Source: an uncultured Chloroflexia bacterium (GTDB lineage Bacteria > Chloroflexota > Limnocylindria > Limnocylindrales > CSP1-4). Taken from it: a DNA stretch of 64,000 nt. The notes under the pieces were generated by a model. That model saw nothing but the letters and a program-made list of their open reading frames with translations. It ran no database searches and was not told the DNA's origin. Positions 58,040 to 64,000 of this stretch are shown here, piece by piece. Location: assembly GCA_963727005.1 (NCBI GenBank), contig CAVSEO010000005.1:961044-1025043 (forward strand), read 5' to 3'. A program made the position numbers and the translations under genes. Position 1 is the stretch's first letter. Each line of letters starts with the position of its first letter.

Positions 58040-58892
58040 ATGCGATTTGCGCTGGACATGCCCAACTTCGCGGAATTCGCGGACCCGGCGACGATCGTCA
58101 CTCTCGCCCGGGACGCCGAAGCCGCCGGCTGGGATGGGTTCTTCGTCTGGGATCACATCAACGCCTTCGGAGAGATGGCGGTGCCGATGGCGGATCCGTG
58201 GGTGCTGCTCGCGGCCGTAGCCCAGGCGACCGAGAGGATCGCCATCGGCACGATGGTCACGCCCGTACCGCGCCGGCGACCCTGGGTGCTGGCCCGCCAG
58301 ACCGCGACCCTCGACTGCCTGTCGGGCGGCAGGTTGATCCTGGGCGTGGGCCTCGGGGTGCCGGCCGAGACCGAGTTCACCGCGTTCGGCGAAGAAGCCG
58401 ACATCCACGTCCGCGCCGAGAAGCTGGACGAAGGCCTGGCCATCCTGGCGGGCCTGTGGAGCGGAGAGCCTTTCGAGTTCGAAGGCAGGCACTTCCACGT
58501 GGCTCGGACCAGGTTCCTGCCGACGCCGATCCAGCGGCCGCGCATCCCCGTCTGGGTTGCCGGGACATGGCCGAAGGATGGGCCGCTGCGCCGAGCCGCG
58601 GCCTGGGACGGCTACTTCCCGATGAAGCTCGGACCGGACGGCGGCGAAGGAGACGCCGATGACCGAGGACGAGATAGGCCAGGCCAGAACCAGGATCGAG
58701 AAGCTCCGCGACGGGCGCCCGGCCGAAATCGTGGTGGCCGAGGAGGTGATGGATCCCAGTCCACGCGACGTGGGAAGGCTCCGTGCCCTCGCCGCGGCCG
58801 GGGTCACGTGGTACATGGAGGGACTCGGGACGCGCTACCTCTCGCTCCCGGCGATCTTCGACCGGGTCCGTCAGGGTCCTCCCCAGATGTAG
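58040..58892 (+). CDS. LLM-class (luciferase-like, probably F420-dependent) oxidoreductase; +1 frameshift near 58655
   Basis: GAGGAG lies 6 nt upstream of the ATG. Contains MRFALDMPNFAEFADPATIVTLARDAEAAGWDGFFVWDH...GRLILGVGLG.... After the shift it reads MTEDEIGQARTRIEKL...AAAGVTWYME. Confidence 0.75.
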
Positions 58893-59017
58893 CGAACCGG
58901 CGGGCGCTCGGGTATCGGCCGGTGCCCGGCCGCGCCACGAGGCCTCCGCCCTATATACTCGGGTGGCCCCGCCGGTCGCCCTCGACCGGCGACCCGATTC
59001 TTCCGAGGAGCCCCGTC

Positions 59018-60416
59018 ATGGATCCAACAGCCAAGTCAAACGTCGCCCCTGCCTCCGCGGTCGTCCCGGCCGGCGCTCGCGCGGCCGACCTGACCCCGGC
59101 TCAGATCGACGACCTGGCCTCCGCCGGCAAGTACGCCGAGATCTCCAAACCGAACCTCTCCCCGATCCTCGGCCGCTACTACGAGCGGAACTGGAGCCAC
59201 GGCGAGGGCCACATCCTCTACGACTCCGACGGCCGCGGGTTCCTGGACTTCGCCTGCGGCATCGCCACGACCTCACTCGGCCACCACCACCCGGCGGTGA
59301 CCGCGGCGATCAAGGACCAGGCCGACAAGCTGCTCCACATCTGCAACGCCCTCGGCTACCTGGAGCCGGTCGGGCGGCTGGCCGCAATGCTCGCCGACGC
59401 ATGCCCGGAGCCGCTGGACACGGTCTTCTTCGGCAATTCCGGCGCGGAGGCCGTCGAGGCTTCTCTCAAGCTCGCGCGAAGGGTGACCGGGCGGCCCGGC
59501 ATCATCGCCTTCCGGGGCGCCTTCCACGGCCGAACCTTCGGCGCCGCCTCCGTCACGAGCTCGAGCATCAACTACCGGCTCGGATACGAGCCGCTTCTCC
59601 CGTCGGTCTACCTGACGCCGTTTCCCAACGTGTACCGATACTTCGGCGACGACGAAGAAGCCGCGACGGCCGGCGCGATGGGCGCGCTCCAGACTCTTCT
59701 GGGCCACGAGATCCCGGCCTCGTCAGTCGCGGCCATCATCATCGAGCCGATCCAGGGCGAGGGCGGCTTCAACCCGGCTCCCGCCTCGTTCCTGCGCGAA
59801 CTGCGGTCCTTGTGCGACCGGAACGGCATCCTGCTCATCTGCGACGAGATCCAATCCGGAATCGCCCGAACCGGTCGCATGTGGGCCTTCGAACACGCCG
59901 GCATCGTCCCCGACGTGGTGTGCGTAGCCAAGGCGCTCGCCAACGGACTGCCGATAGGCGCCATCGTCACCCGCCGCGAGCTGCAGGAGCGCTGGGGCGT
60001 CGGTGCGCACGGAACCACGTTCGGCGGGAATCCCGGTGAGCTGCGCCGCCGGCGTCGCCGTGATGCGCACCATCGCCGAACAGGGCCTCGTGGCCAACGC
60101 CGCGGCCCGCGGAGACGAGCTGCAGGCCCGCCTCCTGGAGCTCATGGCGGCCGACGACAGGATCGGCGACGTCCGCGGCGCCGGGCTGATGGTGGGCGTC
60201 GAGCTGGTCAAGGACCGCGCCACTCGCGATCCGGACACGGAGACGAGCGAGGCTCTGATCCAGGCCTGCGCCGACCAGGGCCTGCTGGTCCTCAACTGCG
60301 GCACCCACCACAACGTGATCCGCTTCCTGCCGCCGATCGACGTCACCGCCGCCGAGATCGCGCGCGGCGTCGAGATGTTCGAGACGGCGCTCCGGTCCAT
60401 CCCGCGGGCCGGCTGA
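59018..60416 (+). CDS. Class-III (PLP-dependent) aminotransferase, GABA/omega-amino-acid transaminase type; +1 frameshift near 60035
   Basis: GAGGAG lies 7 nt upstream of the ATG. Contains GIATTSLGHHHPAV...FFGNSGAEAVEASLKLAR...IIEPIQGEGGF...LICDEIQSGIARTG...VVCVAKALANGLP...HGTTFGGNP. After the shift it reads VSCAAGVAVMRTI.... Confidence 0.85.
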
Positions 60417-60435
60417 CCGAGCTCCACGCGGAATC

Positions 60436-60475
60436 ATCGACGCCCGCGGCGGTCGCCGCGGGCGTCGATTGTGGC
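60436..60475 (+). terminator. Strong hairpin between convergent genes
   Basis: A perfect 15-bp stem ATCGACGCCCGCGGC/GCCGCGGGCGTCGAT with a 4-nt loop, followed by TGTGG (a weak U-tract). Confidence 0.6.
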
Positions 60476-60538
60476 TCGACGGATGAGGGCACTCGGGCCT
60501 TGTGACGGGCCTCCGGCGAACCCGGGGCTGGTGCTATC

Positions 60539-60763
60539 TCAGCGGTTCTTGTCGAGGAACGTCATCACGTCTTCGAGGCGGAAGCGGCGGTCGCCCCTCT
60601 TGCAGACGCGGTAGAAGGGAAGCTCGCCTCGATCGCCCAGACGCTTCACCGTGTTGACGTGTAGGTGGAGCATCCCGGCGACCTCGCTCGCGGTGAGCAT
60701 GGGACCGAGTTGGTTCGCGGCCACGACAGCAGCCATGGGTTTCCTCTGCGTCTGCATCGCCAT
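60539..60763 (-). CDS. Excisionase/MerR-superfamily-type small HTH DNA-binding protein
   Basis: The tail of the track ORF reads MLTASEVAGMLHLHVNTVKRLGDRGELPFYRVCKRGDRRFRLEDVMTFLDK. The start is at 60763 or an internal Met (60700). Confidence 0.65.
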   Translation of the reverse strand: MAMQTQRKPMAAVVAANQLGPMLTASEVAGMLHLHVNTVKRLGDRGELPFYRVCKRGDRRFRLEDVMTFLDKNR

Positions 60764-60905
60764 TCGTGCGGTTGCAGTCTCCAGGATGCACGCGGGTCCT
60801 AACCGGACCCGAAGCGACGCGAACCGTACAGACTCCACACAACCGTCACAAGCCGTACTTTGGACTGGCACCGTCGGTACCGCTCCCCAGCGGCAGGTCG
60901 GGGGT

Positions 60906-61523
60906 CTAGCTCGGGCTTGCGGCCGGCGAACCCGACGCTCCCGGGCTTCCCGACGCCCCGGGCGATCCTGACGGAGCTGGAGTGGCGGAGGGCAGCGCGA
61001 TCGTCGGCAGGGCAGATGGAGCCGGTCCGCCGAAGATGTCGTTCCGCGCCACCTCGTGGTCCACCCAGAATGTGTTCTCGGCGCTGGTGATCTGCGGCCC
61101 ATCCAGGATCACGAAGTCGGCGTTGGGGGCCGCCACAACAGCGTCGAGGATGGTTGCTTCGTCGAGCCCGGCCTGGATGAACTGCTTCACATCGGCGTTG
61201 GTCGCCTGGATGACGATCGAGGTGGCGTTGGGGTCGCCCCAGTCCTTGACCGCCTGTAGCGCGTTCATCCAGCCTCTGGTGTCGTCACGGAGAGCCTTGT
61301 AGGCCGCCTGCTGGACGGTGAAGTCGTTGACGGACTCGCCGATCTTCTTGATGTCCGCGTCGCGCTTCGGCTTCCACTCGTTCTCGATATTCGTCCAGTT
61401 CTCTTTCGCGGTGGGCGTGTGCGGGCCGAAACTGACGTAGACCCAGACGCCGGCGAACAGGACCACGAACGCCATGAAGAGCGGGACGTACGCCTTCACG
61501 TACTGGTATCCGTTGCGAATCAT
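60906..61523 (-). CDS. Single-pass membrane protein of unknown function with a C-terminal GSPGA repeat tail
   Basis: From the ATG at 61523 it reads MIRNGYQYVKAYVPLFMAFVVLFAGVWVYVSFG (TM). A ~150-aa ectodomain follows, then SGSPGASGSPGASGSPAASPS. An N-terminal extension up to 61901 cannot be excluded. Confidence 0.5.
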   Translation of the reverse strand: MIRNGYQYVKAYVPLFMAFVVLFAGVWVYVSFGPHTPTAKENWTNIENEWKPKRDADIKKIGESVNDFTVQQAAYKALRDDTRGWMNALQAVKDWGDPNATSIVIQATNADVKQFIQAGLDEATILDAVVAAPNADFVILDGPQITSAENTFWVDHEVARNDIFGGPAPSALPTIALPSATPAPSGSPGASGSPGASGSPAASPS

Positions 61524-62042
61524 CGCGCCGCGACTCGCCGGCGCCCGGCCACGGCGCCTGACGCCCGGCGTGGCCGTATGGTGGCGAGCGGCAACAGTCG
61601 CCTCGGACCCCTGGTCGCTTTCCGCTTCCGGCTGCGGAGCCGGAGCGGCCGGCGCCTTCGAGGACGCGGCGCGATGGCTGGCAGGGCCCGCTCGGCCGCG
61701 GCGGTTCTGTGGCGACAAGGTAGTCCTCCCTGATGAGGCCTGGTGGCTCGCAAGCCGGTCGCGTCGCCCTTCGGAGCCGGATCGAACGTCTCGGCGGGGC
61801 AGCGGAAAGTCTATCGTGAATCGGCGGGACAGCGAGAGGCGGCATCTTCGGCGAGCGAGTCCCCGGACTATCTTTCGTTCCCAATTCGCAACCTTTCGCA
61901 TCCTTGACCTGGGGCGGCTCTCTAATCAACACTCGGGTTTCCGCGACGGAACGGGGCTCCTGCGTGACGGAGCAGGCACCCCTGTCACTTGCTAGGCCGT
62001 AGCCCGCGGCCGGCAGCCAGTTCTACGAGGACGGCGGACGAG

Positions 62043-64000
62043 TTGAACGCGACACGCAAACCGCAGGCGTTGGGGCTGTACGACCCTGCGTTCGAGCACG
62101 ACGCGTGCGGCTTCGGCTTCGTCGTCGACATCGCGGGTCGTCCGTCGCACAAGACCGTCCGCGACGCCCTGACCGTCCTGGTCAACCTCGAGCACCGCGG
62201 CGCAACCGGCTCCGAGAAGAACACCGGCGACGGCGCGGGAATCACGATCCAGATCCCGCACCGATTCCTGGCCGACGTTGCGGCGAAGTCCGGCGTCAGC
62301 CTCCGCGGCAAGGGTGGCTACGGCGTCGGCATGGTCTTCCTGCCCCAGGACAGGGTCAGCCGCGTCGAGTGCTTCCGCCTCTTCGAGCAGGTCGTCAACG
62401 ACGAGGGACTTCGTCTGCTGGGCTGGCGCGAGGTCCCCACGGACAACACCGGCCTCGGAGCGAGCGCGAAAGCCAGCCAGCCTCTGATCCGCCAGGTCTT
62501 CATCGACCGGCCGGAGCGCCTGGTCGAGGACCTCGCCTTCGAGCGCAAGCTATACGTGGCCCGCCGTCTGGTCGAGAAGGCGGTCTCGCGCTCCTCGATC
62601 CCGAGCCGCGGCGACTTCTACATCCCCTCGCTCAGCTGCCGGACGATCGTCTACAAGGGGATGCTCAACGCCTCGCAGCTGCGCACGTTCTATCCGGATC
62701 TGGCCGACGAGCGTCTCGAGAGCGCGATCGCAATGGTCCATTCGCGCTTCTCGACCAACACGTTCCCGTCCTGGCCGAGAGCCCATCCCTACCGCTACAT
62801 CTCCCACAACGGCGAGATCAACACCCTGCGCGGCAACGTCAACTGGATGCACGCCCGCCAGTCGCAGTTCAGCTCGAGCTTGTTCGGCGACGAGCTGACC
62901 AAGGCGCTGCCTGCGATCGACGTCGAGGGCTCGGACTCGGCGATCCTCGACAACGTCCTCGAGCTGCTCTACCTCTCGGGCCGCTCGGTGGCCCACGCCC
63001 TGATGATGATGGTGCCCGAGCCCTGGCAGCACCACGAGTCGATGGCGCCCGAGAAGCGGGCTTTCTACGAGTTCCACTCCGGCTTGATGGAGCCGTGGGA
63101 CGGTCCCGCCTCGATCGCCTTTACCGACGGAATCCGCGTCGGCGCCACGCTCGACCGCAACGGTCTACGGCCGGCCCGCTACTACGTCACGGCCGACGGC
63201 CGCGCCATCATGGCATCGGAGGCGGGCGTCCTCGATATCCCGCCCGACCAGATCGTGGCCAAGGGACGGCTTCAGCCGGGCCGGATGTTCCTGGTCGATA
63301 CGGCCGAGCAGCGAATCGTCTCCGACGACGAGCTGAAGCATCGCGTCGCCACCGAGCAGCCGTATGGCGAGTGGGTCCGCGAGTGGCTCGTCAGGCTGAC
63401 CGAGCTGCCTCCCCCGCCCCGCGTCATCGAGCCCGACCACGAGACCGTCCTGCGCCGCCAGGAGGTCTTCGGCTACACGGCCGAGGACGTCCGCATCCTG
63501 ATCAACCCCATGGCCACGACCGGCACGGAGCCCGTCGGCGCGATGGGCAACGACGCCGCGCTGGCGGTTCTCTCGGAACGGCCGCAGCTCCTCTTCTCGT
63601 ACTTCAAGCAGCTCTTCGCCCAGGTCACGAACCCGCCCGTCGACGCCATCCGCGAAGAAATCATCATGGCCACCGAGATGGCGATCGGGCCCGAGGGCAA
63701 CCTCCTGGAGCCCAACCCCGAGTCGGCCCACCAGCTGGAGCTGCCCTCGCCGGTCCTCTCGAACGAGGAGCTGGAGAAGATCCGGAACCTCGCCACCGTG
63801 GATGGCTCGGGCAAGCCCGACCTCGGGTCCGGCAAGCCTCACCACGGCTTCAAGACCATCACGCTTCCGATCGTCTATCGCGTCACGGACGGTGGCGCCG
63901 GCCTGCGCAAGGCCATCGAGCAGCTCCGCGACCGCTGTTCGGAGGCGATCTCCGAGGGCCACAACATCATCATCCTCTCGGACCGGGGCCACGACGCCGA
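62043..64000 (+). CDS. gltB: Glutamate synthase large subunit, N-terminal part (runs off the window)
   Basis: My translation from TTG 62043 reads MNATRKPQALGLYDPAFEHDACGFGFVVDIAGRPSHKTVRDALTVLVNLEHRGATGSE...HSRFSTNTFPSWPRAHPYRYISHNGEINTLRGN...FKQLFAQVTNPPVDAIREE. This is the Ntn-amidotransferase domain with the Cys in DACGFG. It is absent from the ORF track because there is no stop in the window. Minus-strand ORFs 62550..63077 and 63165..63992 are its shadows. Confidence 0.9.
   Translation, partial: MNATRKPQALGLYDPAFEHDACGFGFVVDIAGRPSHKTVRDALTVLVNLEHRGATGSEKNTGDGAGITIQIPHRFLADVAAKSGVSLRGKGGYGVGMVFLPQDRVSRVECFRLFEQVVNDEGLRLLGWREVPTDNTGLGASAKASQPLIRQVFIDRPERLVEDLAFERKLYVARRLVEKAVSRSSIPSRGDFYIPSLSCRTIVYKGMLNASQLRTFYPDLADERLESAIAMVHSRFSTNTFPSWPRAHPYRYISHNGEINTLRGNVNWMHARQSQFSSSLFGDELTKALPAIDVEGSDSAILDNVLELLYLSGRSVAHALMMMVPEPWQHHESMAPEKRAFYEFHSGLMEPWDGPASIAFTDGIRVGATLDRNGLRPARYYVTADGRAIMASEAGVLDIPPDQIVAKGRLQPGRMFLVDTAEQRIVSDDELKHRVATEQPYGEWVREWLVRLTELPPPPRVIEPDHETVLRRQEVFGYTAEDVRILINPMATTGTEPVGAMGNDAALAVLSERPQLLFSYFKQLFAQVTNPPVDAIREEIIMATEMAIGPEGNLLEPNPESAHQLELPSPVLSNEELEKIRNLATVDGSGKPDLGSGKPHHGFKTITLPIVYRVTDGGAGLRKAIEQLRDRCSEAISEGHNIIILSDRGHDA

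Noticed and set aside
57953-60505. An 850-aa ORF that looks like an LLM-aminotransferase fusion
   Set aside because: It is a chance concatenation of frames. The LLM gene leaves this frame at ~58655 and ends at 58892. The aminotransferase has its own GAGGAG-ATG at 59018 and leaves the frame at ~60035. The stretch between them is Arg/Pro-rich non-coding-like sequence.
62550-63992. Minus-strand ORFs 62550..63077 and 63165..63992
   Set aside because: They are antisense to the clearly conserved gltB reading frame, which runs off the window end.

Overview
GC-rich bacterial chromosomal window. The gene content looks Actinomycetota- or Chloroflexota-like (F420-type LLM oxidoreductases, ECF sigma/anti-sigma pairs, a leaderless-type promoter, PyrR leaders), but the phylum cannot be resolved from sequence alone. 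I reconstruct about 59 protein genes, one tRNA-Lys(CUU), two copies of a PyrR-type attenuator leader, several hairpin terminators, and several tandem or dispersed repeats. Most genes are housekeeping or metabolic: paired M16 peptidases, carB and carA at separate loci, folE, MeaB plus a B12-binding mutase subunit, trxA, an aminotransferase, an ABC-2 exporter, and the 5' part of gltB. Accessory patches are interleaved: an LRR protein with MazEF and extra antitoxin-like genes; a less GC-rich GH57/solute-binding patch; two surface proteins sharing a C-terminal anchor module; a PAS-GGDEF gene next to a ~1820-aa multi-GAF/PAS hybrid kinase; and a Zn-ribbon cluster around an unrecognised ~537-aa protein. 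I saw no CRISPR array, transposase, integrase or rRNA. About 20 conserved genes can only be read full length after one or more frame changes, and nearly all resolvable junctions are +1 (single-base insertion) shifts. Coordinates for those genes are my reconstructions across ORF-track fragments. Many long ORFs in the track are antisense or off-frame shadows of real genes in GC-rich DNA and were not called.
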